From Diadema antillarum (lineage: Eukaryota), in the NCBI RefSeq assembly GCF_040938485.1, contig NW_027270908.1, positions 62,001 to 126,000 on the forward strand: DNA of 64,000 bases, read 5' to 3'. The stretch's first letter is position 1. Each line of letters opens with the position of its first letter. Positions 32,078 to 46,100 of this stretch are shown piece by piece. Under the pieces are notes generated by a model. The model was not told the DNA's origin. It searched no databases and saw nothing but the letters and a program-made list of their open reading frames with translations. A program made the translations under genes and the position numbers.

Positions 32078-35000
32078 TCATTCTCCCTTGAATTTCGGCT
32101 TTCTCTTTTCCTTGAAAGCAATGAGACCCTCCATGCGATCCTGAGTCGGAATGACCTGCAGAAAGACACGAGTATTTGAGAGAGACAAAGAACAAAGAAA
32201 GACAAAAAACTATTAAAAAATAATGAATTACTATTTTCAGATTTTGAAGATGTATGTAAATGTGTTTCAAAATGAATTTACAGTAGGTATTAATGACATT
32301 TTCATTTTTTAAAAACAATATTCACACTTTGTAAGCACTATGTGCTTTTGAGAAAGATAATCACATATTTTACAAGTGAAAATCGCCCACTGCAAATCTC
32401 ACAACAGAAATACTGGTAATAATAGATAGCAACGATTCAGTGGATTCATTCATGTTGAAACTTGCCAAAAGTGGAGGGGGTGCATTGACAACTCACTGAA
32501 ATCAAGATATCAGACTACAAACATTGCACACACATTACACTGAAGAGATGACAGATACACCTGTACTGTACAAATCCCAAGCTAAACCCTCACTTAGCTA
32601 CATCCATGCATGTATACTCACACACTATAGAATGTGTAACATGTGCTCTGCACACTACAAAATGCCCTACTCCTGCATCCTAACAATCACCACACAATAT
32701 TGTTCTGAGACATATAAATTCACAGTGCAGACTGCACAAAACACAACTACTGGGACCATAGGTTACTATATTTCTATCACTCTACACTTTGTCCACTTAA
32801 CTCTTTATGTGCCACGGTCGCATGTCCGACTCAGTCGACGGCGTGCCAACTTCGCATATTCTGCTCAACAAACAAAGCCGCCAAGACCGATCGATAAACC
32901 GCTAATTACTGCTAATCCCGCGGCACAATGAAAACGTTTCTCGTGCTTTTGTTCCTCTCATATATACGGCCTGCATTCTATGTGGTGATCGACTATCGAG
33001 CGATGTTCCAAACTAGATTTGCTCGTACATTCTAAGTTTTTGTCACGGTTTTATGTGCAAAAGTCATGCCTTTACAGTAATGTAGCATTTGGTTATTCAA
33101 AAGAAAAATGGAAAATAGGGTCGTCATACAATTTATATCGAAACAAAGCTTGGTATTCCTCTTTAACTTTGCCTACTATTATGCCCATCTAAACAGAAAT
33201 TTGTAGAAGTTATACAAATTGGAAAAAACAGAATTCTTTCTCAAAGCATGACTACCTTCATGTCTCAGAATAACGTGGCACACAGGGGGTTTCCGCCATG
33301 GCACATAAAGAGTTAACAAAGCAAAGAATTTTACTTTCTGACAATCAAATCGGGACCCATCTTTCATTTCAACATAGACCTGGCAATGGTGAATAACCAT
33401 CACAGCACTAGCTTGCTTAATTAAATCAAAAAAGAAGAAAAATGAAAGAAAGAACAGAGGAAAGGGAGAAAGACAAGAAGGATGGAAAAAAGAAAGGATG
33501 ACAGATAGTAAAGCCCTACCTGAGCATAGTAGGCTTCTTCAAATGCCAGTCCTGTTGCCAGATCGACCTGTATATAGGGAGAAATGATGAAGACATGAAC
33601 ATGGTCAGGACTGACGCAGGTAATGTTTGTTAAAATATATGATCTTCTTTGTTTGTCATGATGGCAAACCAGTATTAATTGGCAGTACAGCAAGGCATAT
33701 GATCATTAGCTAATCATGTCTGGCTTTCACATCTGTATATGATTCTGACAAAAGTGGAAAAAAACATCAACTTGTGGTCAGAAATCATACTCCCTGTCAC
33801 AGAAAAGAGATAGGATCATCTGAAAATGAAATTCAAGGTTGACAAAAATGGAAACTGATGTTTACTTGGTCATTTTATCATATGGTTTTCTTTGCCATTA
33901 CACAATGACTTATTATGAAATGAACACATTTTCTTAAACTTGTTGAAGACTACATTTAGTCCCAAGTTTACTCAGGCAGGTGTCAATGGGAAATGCATGT
34001 TGTATCAAAATCAGCTCATCAGTGATTATTCTTCACAAATCTGAAGTGCATGGTCATACATGCTACTAGCATTTTTTGTATTGTGTAAATATGAAGCTAG
34101 GAAGAAAACAACAGTTGAAAGTAATAGCTTTATGCTTCAATAAGTGAACAAATTGAATTAACTGGCCTTGTCATAATCAATATTCCCAAAGACAGAAGCG
34201 ATTCAAGTTTGTGAATGGCTTATTACAAATATATTTGTTCATAGATATCTTGATAGTGTAAACATTAATCATTTTTAAAACTCCTGCATGCACAAAAAGT
34301 TTCATCACAACATGGGCCAAGCACCATTTCTGACAATTTAAAGCAAGTTCATCATCAAATAGAGCAAAATAAAATCTTTCAGGTGATACCTCACCTCAGT
34401 GGCAAATTTTTTTTTAGCAGCTTTAAATATCTCAACTTAACGAGAATGGAGGTAGCTCATTTTGCGATAAAATTCTTCATACAGTGCACTCCCGTTATAA
34501 CGAAATTCCGGTTACAACGAAGTAAAAATTAGGGCTGCAACATTATCCACTCTATGTATTTTTATTGTTTATTTGTTCGGTTATAACAAAATTTCGATAT
34601 AACAAAAGAAAACTGCCAGCCCCGTGGACTTCGTTTTAATGGGAGTTCACTGTATCATTAAAGCCCACCGCACACTACACGATTTTGCCCCGATTCACCG
34701 GTCTTAAGACCTTAAGACTAGAAGTGTGACGTCACAGTCTTGCCATTTTCTAGTCGTACGACTGGGTCTTAGCGCCAGTCGTAGAGATTTGACATGTTGA
34801 ATTTCTACCGACTGGTCATGGGCTTTCAGCCATTCACAATGCAGTAAAATGCAAGCGCACGCATGTGCGCACTGCGCGCGCTTTACAGTCGGGTCGTATA
34901 GTGTGCGGTGTCCGGTCGTACGACTGGTCTTAAGACCCAGCTTGGCTTAAGACTTTAAGACCAGTCTGATCGTGTAGTGTGCGGTGGCCTTAAGTCTACA

Positions 35001-37090
35001 AAAGATGACAACATTATGACATGAGGCAACACAATTCCAATTAAGCTTTTTCCCCGGGTTGGACACAGAATTTGTGAATACCTCATTTCCTTTGTTTACA
35101 GCTTTCTTCACCATTCTCAAGGCAATTGGACCCTGGAAAAAGACAAAAACGAGGAAAGATACAAAAAGAAATAATTTTATCTATGCAAATCTATATTTCT
35201 TTAATCCAACTTTCTGTTGGTGACACGAGGTGTGAAGTGCAACTTAAGTAATGACAGTCTTACTAAAGGGCCAACCTGTAACTGTTTTAACTTTACATAA
35301 AATTGCACTGGCAAGCAGTCTGTTTCTTTATTTCTGTGCAGATTAAAAGATTTGCTTCTGTATTAAAACCTCTCGCAACATATCCATGGCAGACTTGAGC
35401 ATTCATTCACCGGCTTTACCAGTACTCTGAATCAGGGCACACACACTTTGTATTCCGAAAGGAGAATGGCAACGAAAAATGCATGTTACACAATGTAAAT
35501 GTGGTGACAACACCAGAAAGGACTACCCATAAAAGTGACCACAAGATAGAAAGCAAATCATCACATATAGGTCGGAGAGTACTCATACGATTCCACAGAA
35601 ACCAGACCAACAAAGAAAGATGCAGACAGCTGCATGCAGGGAAACTGTTCTGATATTAGGCAAAAACATGGATTGTGTGTGTGCTGGTGTGTTACACTTA
35701 TTAATTTGTCTTCATGCAGGTGCATCAGTGCTTGTGTATGTTGGCATGCATGGATGTGTTTGTGTGTATGCAAGTAGGGAGGGGTGTATGGATGTGTGCA
35801 TTGTATTCTTCTCAGATATCAGTCTTTGAAAGCCAATTCGTAGCCGTACCTGTGTTGCTATCTCTCGGGCCAGGGCAAGGGACCGGGTGTAGGCAGCTTC
35901 CTTGCTGTCGTCCTGGTCAACGCAGTGGTTGACCAGTCCAATGCGGGCTGCTTCCTGTCCGTCCACCACTCGCCCAGTGAACATGAGCTCCTTGGCTACT
36001 GATGGACCAACCAATCTGGGTAGCCTCTGCGTCCCACCTTCACAAAGATAAAACCACAAAAGATATATTATAAATGCACTGTCTTCTCATTTCCTTTCTC
36101 CTTTATGTTTTTCTCCTATTTTGGATCGCCACTTCATCTTCTTTAAAAAAAAAATATATATATATACAGGGGAAACTCGGTATAACGAACACTGCTATAA
36201 CGAGATATCGGTTATAACGAGGACATTTTCTCGGTCCCAAATTTCCTTCCACACAAATCAATGTAAAATGCTACTCTTATAGCGAGATCGGCTATAACGA
36301 AATAACTGCTATAACGAGATAAATTTTGTGACTTCCAAACAAAGAAAAACATAGTCAATCAAACCTGCTATAGCGAGGTAAAGCAAAATGCCTTCGGTAA
36401 AGCTTTACTTCGCCTGTGCTATCATCTTCCGAGATTGTAAAGCTTGATGCGCCCAAAACTGTCTTGTACACACATAATCATTTTCTTCAGTGCACTCCAG
36501 CTAGCACTGCATGTTGTACGTGTAAGTGTGTGTGTGCGCGCACACTGATACATGCAGAAAATGTGGTGGGACGGCCATATGTATACATGACATCATCGTG
36601 ACGTTTAGCAGGTGTGAGGCAATCTGATGCTGTGATTGGCCTCCTACGTAGGGAATTCCCCATCTTCACACACACGCAGTCATAATGTACATACAGAATG
36701 TGTCACATACACACACAGCATTGTGCAGACCATATTCAAGCTTTCCACGCAACACACACTCATACGATAACCACATATCAATCCACAGACGATCTTGATA
36801 CAATCGCAAGCTATATAAATTTACAAAGTCAAACATCTACAATTAATAAGGAACACATTCTTGATATTGGATATTTTTGGCGAAAAACATCTTCTTACCC
36901 ATAAAGGTGAGTTATTCCCTCACACACAATATCAAGTTATCAGTATTGATTGAAATATGATGGGTAGTCCCACATGTGCAAATTAATGTCTTTATGTTAT
37001 GCCTTCTTTTATGCCTACTGATATAACGAGATATCGGCTATAACGAGGAAAATGACTCGGTCCCGACCATCTCGTTATATCGAGTTTCCA

Positions 37091-37126
<36 letters not shown>

Positions 37127-40100
37127 TCATTATAATGAATCAATGCTGCCCCCCACCCCCCGGACAATTACATTGTAACCCCGGCTAAATACTGTTTAGT
37201 GACAAGGTTAGAATACAGATTACAGGTAAGTTTAGGTTTGGGTTAGGGTTAGGATTCGGTTAAGGATTAAGATTAGGGTTAGGGGAAGGGGAAGGGTTCG
37301 GGGTAATTCCAATGGGGTAATTGCCCTAGACCCCATACAGCTCCTGTGCTCACCAAACCCAATGTATGATACACTACATACTTTCAGCAGAAGTACTAAA
37401 CACAAAGTGCACATAAACATAATGTTTATCTCACTATGGATATTTAATAAAGGTTGTAGGTGATCTGTATACCCCACGCGGAGCCTGCTCCCGTGTGGGA
37501 TTATACTGTTTCCAATTGAAGGTTCCTTCAGTTTTTAGGAATACACCCTTATGTGAGATATGCACTCAAAAAATTGAGGTTGATATCTGAATGCAAAATA
37601 TCAGCTTATTCTCATATCTCAATATAATGTTGGTTGGTTCACTGAAACACACAAGAAATGATGAAAATTGGCGATGCCCTGGTGGGTTGAAATTCCTCTG
37701 AGCTCTACAGGTCTGTGTGGCAAAATAAATCCACACCATTTGTTTGCTGTTTTGTTGACAATTATCATAACAAAATCATTTCTGCTTTTAAAAGATTTGG
37801 TCCTTGAGGCACTATTCACTCTACACCTGAGATGTATATATGCATTTATGTCATTTTCACATCCAAACAATGACGATACACCTCAGATGTATATCTCCAT
37901 TCATGTCATTTTCACATCCAAACCATGAAATTTTACTACATATTCACATTTCTTTTTTCTTCTTCTTCTCTTTTTTTTTTTTTGGGGGGGGGGGAGGGGT
38001 GATTTCAACAACTTAAAGTGATTTCAGAGTCACTCATGATAATCATTCACATACCTCCTCCTGGAATAATAGCGAGTTTAGCTTCTACAAGTCCCATTTT
38101 GGCACTTGATGCTGCAAAGGAGAAACAAAACAATTGATTCGCTTCAATTTGCTGCCAGTGAAAATTGAACATGCTAATGAATAAAGAAACTGACAAATGG
38201 GACTACACACTACAAAGGTATCAGTAAGATGTCTAGGTACAGCCAACAAACTGTGCATTCACAGAGACACATAGGAAGAAACTAATTTTCATACTATCCA
38301 AACACTATTGGTCAAATGGCAAGTTCATTTCCAGAACCAACACACAAGGTATCTTGGTATAAATACAGCACACACCGAGATACTGTGTTCTCTGATTCAT
38401 ATCATGCATTAAATGCTACTCCTGCAATGCGTCAAACCTCCCCCCCCCCCAAAAAAAAAAGAATTAATTAATTCTAGTGCNNNNNNNNNNNNNNNNNNNN
38501 NNNNNNNNNNNNNNNNNNNNNNNNNNNNNNNNNNNNNNNNNNNNNNNNNNNNNNNNNNNNNNNNNNNNNNNNNNNNNNNNNNNNNNNNNNNNNNNNNNNN
38601 NNNNNNNNNNNNNNNNNNNNNNNNNNNNNNNNNNNNNNNNNCTTTCAAAGGCCTATTTTGTGATATTGGTGTGTATAGATACATGCTGTCAAAAGCCTCT
38701 AGAGCAAAAGTTTCTGTCAGCAAGATAAGTTCATTTGTTATGAAATACTACAGACCTACACATGGAATATTTTGCAGTCTGGAAGTTTTGTTTGTGTGTA
38801 CATGTGTGTGTTTTTCTTTTCAATTTAATGCACCACTGAATTTGCATGACAATGACATAGACGAATGGAGGAGACAAAGGACAACATACAAGAATGCCTT
38901 TACCCTTGAAATCACTAACAAGCAAGTTAACTGAAAGCAATCCAGCATGACAAATTAATCACCTAAAATTTCCACAGCACAATACAAACATCAGGGTCAT
39001 TTTACTCATTAGCAACATTAGCACAGCTCACTGGTACAAACTAGCATGCATTATGCTCATGATTGTGGTTTCCTTGGATGAAATGAGTTGAGCATTTCAG
39101 ACTTTGACATAAGGCTATACTGAATATGAAATATAATATTTACACAATATTCACTATGGCAACACCAATTTCATTTCTTATAAATTTCATTTATTCATTA
39201 TTTTTTTCTGATCTTCAACTAACAAGGCTATTTCAGAGTGCTAAAACATTGGCAAAGTGAGCACATGACCAGCCAAGTATGAACAAAAAAAAAATAATAT
39301 CCTGGCCTATATGTAAAACAGGAAACAAGAAAGTATAATGATAGTACATCTCAGCTCTAAAGGAACAATACAAGGATAAAAATTCTGAAATATGGTGTCG
39401 ATATAAGCATGGTCATTAATTTCAAAACTCTGGAGAAGACAAAAAAAATGTTGAAATGAAATAAGGTGTAATAACAAAGTTGCAAATGTAGCTCTATCAA
39501 ATCCGCAATGAGCAAGAAAAAGATATGTACATATAGAGGTGGAAAGGTTGGTATTCTATAAGTGAGCACATCAGAAGTCTGCAGCAGAGGACTGGAGCAA
39601 TCTGAAGTCAGAGTCCTGGTTACCTTAAAATGGATAGAATGGCAGTAGTAAAGAAAGATAAAGGTGTGCTGGGTCTACATTCTGGCAAAAGCACAAGCAC
39701 AATCAGCATAGCAAACAAAACCTATCAAGGAAACAGCATGATATCATCAAGCCAGCCCAGGAGAAAACATGCATGTTTGTTTGTCATTGGATTAATGGAC
39801 TGTCTCACCAGCTACCATCATGTCACATGACAGGGCCATCTCTAGGCCGCCGCCCACGGCAACGCCGTCCAGAGCCGCTATGGTAGGCATGGGCAGGTCA
39901 CCAAACTCGAGGATGGTCTTGCGCAATCGTGCGACAAACGGACCAACTTCTTCCTGTGGCATCTTTATCCGTTCCTTCAGGTCGGCTCCTGGGGGAACGT
40001 AAAAACACAGTCGGGAGACGGAGATAACACATCAGTGCTATCAACTGCGAAAGCGAAACTGCAAACAACTTACAGGCGACTCTCATGTCGCAGCTTAGTG

Positions 40101-43100
40101 CCATCTCCATTCCCCCGCCCACGGCGACCCCGTCGATGGCAGCTATGGTCGGCATGGGCAAGTCACCCAGATCCAGAATCAGCTGGCGCCCTCTACTGAC
40201 GGCTGGGCCCACCTCGTGCTCCTTCATCATGATACGCTCTTTCAAATCCGCACCTAAAGTGTCGGCACATTGGATCACAATATACGTTCCTTGGCATTTC
40301 AGGACTACTGTAAAAGTGGAAATTTTCGCGGTGTTGAAATTTTCGTGCATTTCGCGCAACCAGAAACTAGCGTGAAAATAAAAGCACGCGAATACTTTTG
40401 CTTGCCATATGTTTCAGTAGTTTATGTCTTGATTCTGCGGAATTAAAAACACGCGAAACTCTTCTTAGCCGGCTGAGCGCAAAAAGTTAATCGCCGGAAA
40501 ATGTCCACTTTTACAGTATCTACTTCTCAAAGCAAATTTCTGCATACCTGTACTACTTACATTGCCCTTTAGAGAGCTAAATATGGGAACTAGTGACACA
40601 TATAATTATAATTGTCCATGTCAATGGTTTTACATATCAACATACTGATCAGAGCCCTTCTTCCAAGCTCAGCAGATCAAAAATGATAATGATGGACTAT
40701 TATCAAAATAATCTGAAGAACCATGATATCTAATTTTGGTAAAAAATGGGAACATTTGCAGAAAAACATGCTCTATCATTTCAGAAAAAAACTTCAAAAT
40801 ATACTATCTAACTTTACTTAACTAAAGACATATTGTACTAATGCACAAGTCATCAGACTCACTTATTATGGCTTTGAGGTTGAGTAATATAAAATGTCAT
40901 CTCAAATGAAAGAAGACTACAATGTATTTAATGAAAGCAAAGGATGAATTCATGGATCCAAACCTGCACAGAAAATTCCAGGGACTTCACTTCTGATGAC
41001 AACTGCTCTGACATTGTTATCAAACTTTACCGACATCACCGCCTCTTCCATCTAGAATGTAAAGACAATTTCAATTTCAATTTATTTTCAGCTTTCATAT
41101 GAAAATGTCACATAATACAAAAACTACAAAGTCTTACAAATTAGGTGAAATGTGCTGGGGCTGTATCCTTTTGTTATTTAGACTAGCAGCCAACAAACAG
41201 AATCGAAAATCACGACTTTTTCTTACAATATCTAATGTTTTAAATAGGCATAGAATATTTCCCAAAGTTTGTTGAGAGTAAAAGCAACTTTTGTACAACC
41301 CAAATGGCATCAAGAAGTCTGATTATTGCACTGACAGCTTGTACAGTAAAAGTTACTATCATTTTCATTTGGAAATTGCTATAGCAACAGGGCCCAGCAG
41401 GTCTCAAAACTCAAATAGAGTGTATATTGTATGCTGAGAATTGAGGTGTTCCTCCTTTATTTTGATTTTTTGCTGAATGTGTAAAAAACAAACAAACAAA
41501 CAAACAAACAAACAAACAAACAAACAAAGGGTCCAGCAGGTCTCAAAACTCATAAAGAAGGTATACTTTATGCTTGGAGGATCGAGTTGTTCCTCTTTTA
41601 TTTTGATTTCTTGCCAAATATGTAAAAAACAAACAAAGAGTGTACAGGTATCTGTAGAATCTAAGCCATATACATAAAGACATTTACAAAGATAATTTCT
41701 TATTCTGATGCACCAGATACTGGTATATCTTTATATACGTGTAGCTGGCACATGTATTGCAAATTTCATGATCTGGATTTGTCTTTCATCCCTTCCTTCA
41801 CTGGAATGATGAACTTTTGTCACGGGTGTTTTATTTGAGAGAAAATATTTCATAAATACAAATATCAAAGGATACTTACTAGTCTTAGAAGGTTTTTGCT
41901 GATTGCATTCTTGGCTTCAGGTCTGTTCAGTCCAAGGACAACAATTTCTGTTGTTAGAAAAAAAAAGCAAAATTATTTTTATCAACAAACTGCTATGGGT
42001 GCATTATGAAATTCCTCACTTTTTCTCACAAATTTTGAAGCAACTAATAGTGTAATGCCCTATGATGCAGTATTCCTGTGTGTTTGTAAATGACACATTC
42101 AAGGTGGAAGGATACTTGGCGATTGTGAAAAACAATATCTAGGGTCTTACTGCAAGTAAATGTTGTACAAGGTCACTTCTGCAAATATTGTTATGGTTCA
42201 CTTTCCCACTGTCCGGTGATGATATACCGGTACATATCTACTTTAAATGGTATACAGTGCAATTCCAATATAACAAACATGGTTTTAACAAAATTCCGGT
42301 TACAACGCAATAAGAATCAGGTCCAACATTATCCTTTCTATGTTTTTTATTGTTTATTTGTTTGGTTACAACGAAATTTCAATATGATGAAAGAAAATTA
42401 CCGGTCCAAAGGACTTCTTTACAACAGGAGTCCACTGTAATTTGAAATGTAGTATGCCTACATATACATTGTGCGAAATTTTAGTGAAGGGTAAACAGAA
42501 TTTTTGTCTACAAGAGAAATAGATACAGATTTACAATTCTTGTAACCATAAAATCTTCAATCTGAACATACAATGTAGACCATTTGTGTGTGCCCGTCTC
42601 AAACCCACAAAAAGTTGCAGATTAGGGTTCTCAATTATGGACCAAAATGGCCATATGGGTTGACCGATTCAAACTTTTAATGTTTGTCTTGCATGGGAGG
42701 GTAATCCCTTCTCTACCTTTTATCAAAATTTGGCAACAGAGAAAAAAAAAAGGAAATTCAGGTATTTGCAGACAGTTTTTCTGGACCATTTTTTAATCTT
42801 TTTTTTTTTTACAGGCGCTGCTTCGCTGCATTTTTCACTGATACTTCCGCACAGCACGCCTGAGTGACCATATCTTTAAATCCTCTTTTCTCCTTTTTGT
42901 ATGAAACTGCATCTCCTAACTCTCTAGTCTTACACAGACATCTCATCCGGTCAATGGATTTGAAATTTGTGCACAAACCGGTGATGTGTGCGCATGCGCT
43001 GGCAGTCAATTCAGTGTAGCTCTCCCAGGTTCCTCTCGACCGGTTCACATTAAGTCATCAATTCGAACAGAAAGGGACGTTTGGCAGAACCAAACGTTGC

Positions 43101-46100
43101 ATGTTACCTGTTGTCAACACTTTAACTTCACCTGTAAGTCTTCAAATTGAAGAAATTTTTCCATTTTAAGTTGATATTTATCCGCGATACTATCCCTGTC
43201 ATGATCCTGAATGCTACAGTCCGCAGCCTCATTACGCTACGTAGTATGCGTTTGGGGCTGCTGCCCAGTGCTGGTCGCATTTACATCTTTTAATTGCATT
43301 TGGACCTAGGCCTACCATAAATGACAAACTGTCCATGAGATGCCAACTTTATAGATAACAGAAGTCATATAAAACAGACAGTGTTCTAGTTGTCTAGTGA
43401 CGTGTCTGTCTATATTGTTTCTATTAAAGGAGCATAGTCCCAGTAGCGTAGAGGGCGCTGTTGATGATACTGCCGATCACCATTAGCATTGAGATACGAA
43501 GATTACCGAAGTTGAGCTGTCATCAAGAGTATTGTAAAGTGCGTAGCTGTTGCAAGTAACATTGCCTTCATTGTCTTTTCTGCGCATCGTGCAGTCTGTA
43601 GTAATGCAAGGATGCGTGCATATCAGTTCGGGAAACCCTTTCACAAGGGGGGCCCCTCCTTATATGTTGTTGTTGTTGTTGTTTTAGGTTTAATGGCAAT
43701 CAGTCATAATTTTGACTATTTTTGCCAGACTATATCATATATATATTTCCCTATAGATTAATTATCAATATTTCTTAACAAATTCAAATTCTATCATAAT
43801 ATCCATATTTGTTTTATTTCCAACCATATTTTTATTTTAATTATAAAAATTTTATTGTTTTCCTCGCTCAGTCAAAACGGCCACGTTGCCACCCTCGGTT
43901 CTGTCTTACCAACCCGGCGAAGTGCGTTTCGCAGGCTTCTCAGGCGTGCGCCCTAGGTAACTCGAGAAAGATGGTGGCGACCGTCATGCCTGAGCGCGTG
44001 GAGAACAATATTCCGATATAATCCAAATCCAAATATATTCATTTTATTTATCTTTTTTTTTAAATATGTATGTAGCGAACATTTGTGGGCAGAATCAAGA
44101 GTGCAAATGATGAAGATAGGTGCACTGGTGGTAGGCCTATACCTTCAACATATTCTAATGTATAATAAAACATCTACACTAATCTTCCAAATACTAATAT
44201 ACAGTAATACTTAACATACTGCGGCATATAATATAATATGCATGTGTGTATATGCCTATATACACACACATACCTACTCATGTATACATCTGAGATCGTA
44301 CAAATACACATCTTCATTATAAAAATACTACATTATAATCTCTAAGGTTCGTCAAACTTATCCTTGACTCAAACGATTTGTCCTGTACACAAATGTGATT
44401 ATGGAATTTTGAATATTTCGATTTTGAGACGCTAAAAGTTTAATGATATCAGAGTCACGATTTGTGTTGGTTTCTGCCATTAACATGGCTCTTTCTATTG
44501 TATATTTCGGGCATTCTATTAGAAAATGTTTAACTGTTTCAGGAGTGGGGCAATAGGGGCAGTTTCCTGTGGGGTGTTTTGCTATTTTTGCTAAATCATA
44601 GTTAAGGCCGAGACAGCCCATTCTCAACCTGTGTATAATCATTTCACGTTGTCTGGAAAGATGACATGTGAATGGCTGAAAATTTACAGATGATTGGATG
44701 GTTTTTAGAAAGGAGGTTGAGTTATTCCACTTACTTTGCCATTCTGTTTTATACTTAGTTACGAGGACTGACTTTATCTCTGAAAAACTAAGGTCGTTGT
44801 AGATTTCGATAGGTTTTGTCAAGGCTTCTTTAGCTCGGGAATCAGCGGCTTCATTGCCGTGAATTCCACAGTGTGACGGAATCCATTCGAGTGAGATGTC
44901 CGTGCCTTTATGTTCTAGACGAGTGACAATTGTCCTGATTTCAGTGATGAAGTTGTCGTCGTATGGTTGTGATTTGATGGCTTTAAGTGAGCTCAGCGAA
45001 TCGCTGAATATGACAGCTCCTGTGTGGAGGTCTAATTGCTCAAGCCAGTTTAGGGCGAGGATGATTGCAGATAGTTCTGCTCGATATGATGATGTGTGAT
45101 CACGTAATCTTTTGCATTGGGAATAACGAAGTGATGGCACGTAAAAGGCGGCAGCTGAATTGCCTTCATTAGGCAGTTTGGATCCATCAGTAAATATGTG
45201 AAGTTGATGTTTCCATTTGGAATTGATCAGTTCTAGGCTCCATTGTTTTTGAATTAAGGGGTTGTCGTCTTTATTGAGCCACTCAGTTAGCTCTAATGAG
45301 ATTTTGATTTCGCTTAAGTGCCAGAAGGGGATTACTGGGGGAGTGAGAGGTTCGAGTTTTGTTGTGATATTTGCGCTTTGAATTCTAAGTCCGAAAGGTT
45401 TACGTGATTTTTTCTCTTTCATATACTCGTATTGCCAGCAGTTTTTTGTGCTTTGTGATACCGGATGGTTTGCGATTCTCGTCAAAGACGCATGGTATTT
45501 TGTAGTCAGCATCTTTCTTCTGATGTATAAGGGGAGTTCTCCCATTTCTACTTGAAGGGATTCTAGAGATGTGGCGGGAGCTGCACCAGCACATACTCGA
45601 AGAGCCTGATATTGGATGGAATCCAGTGGTTTTTTTGAGCTTTCTGAGGCGGACTCATAAGCTTCACATCCATAGTCGAGAAGAGACCTGATCAGTGCTC
45701 TGTACACCATAAGAAGGGTTTTAGAAAAGTTACCCCATGTAGTTCCCGCCAGACTCTTTAAAATATTTATTTTGGGTTTACAACGATCAACAACATCATT
45801 TATGTGTGTATTCCATGTTAATTTTTGATCAAAAGTGAGACCTAAAAATTTCTGACTTTGTTGATATTTCACTACATTATCATTTATTTTTATCTCCGGT
45901 TTTTCAAGTTTAATAGAGTTTGTGAAAATTACTGGGGTTGTCTTTCTGTCGGATAATCTGAAGCCCCATTCGCTGAACCAGGAGTTCAATTTTCCAAGAT
46001 ATTCATTGATTTTTTTGCCAATGAACTTTACATTTTTCCCTGATTTCCAGAGTACGCAGTCATCAGCGTACATTGACATATTTACAGCGGGATCAGTGGG

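Noticed and set aside
38409-38934. ORFs of 83-173 aa spanning the gap
   Set aside because: Artefacts of the N run.
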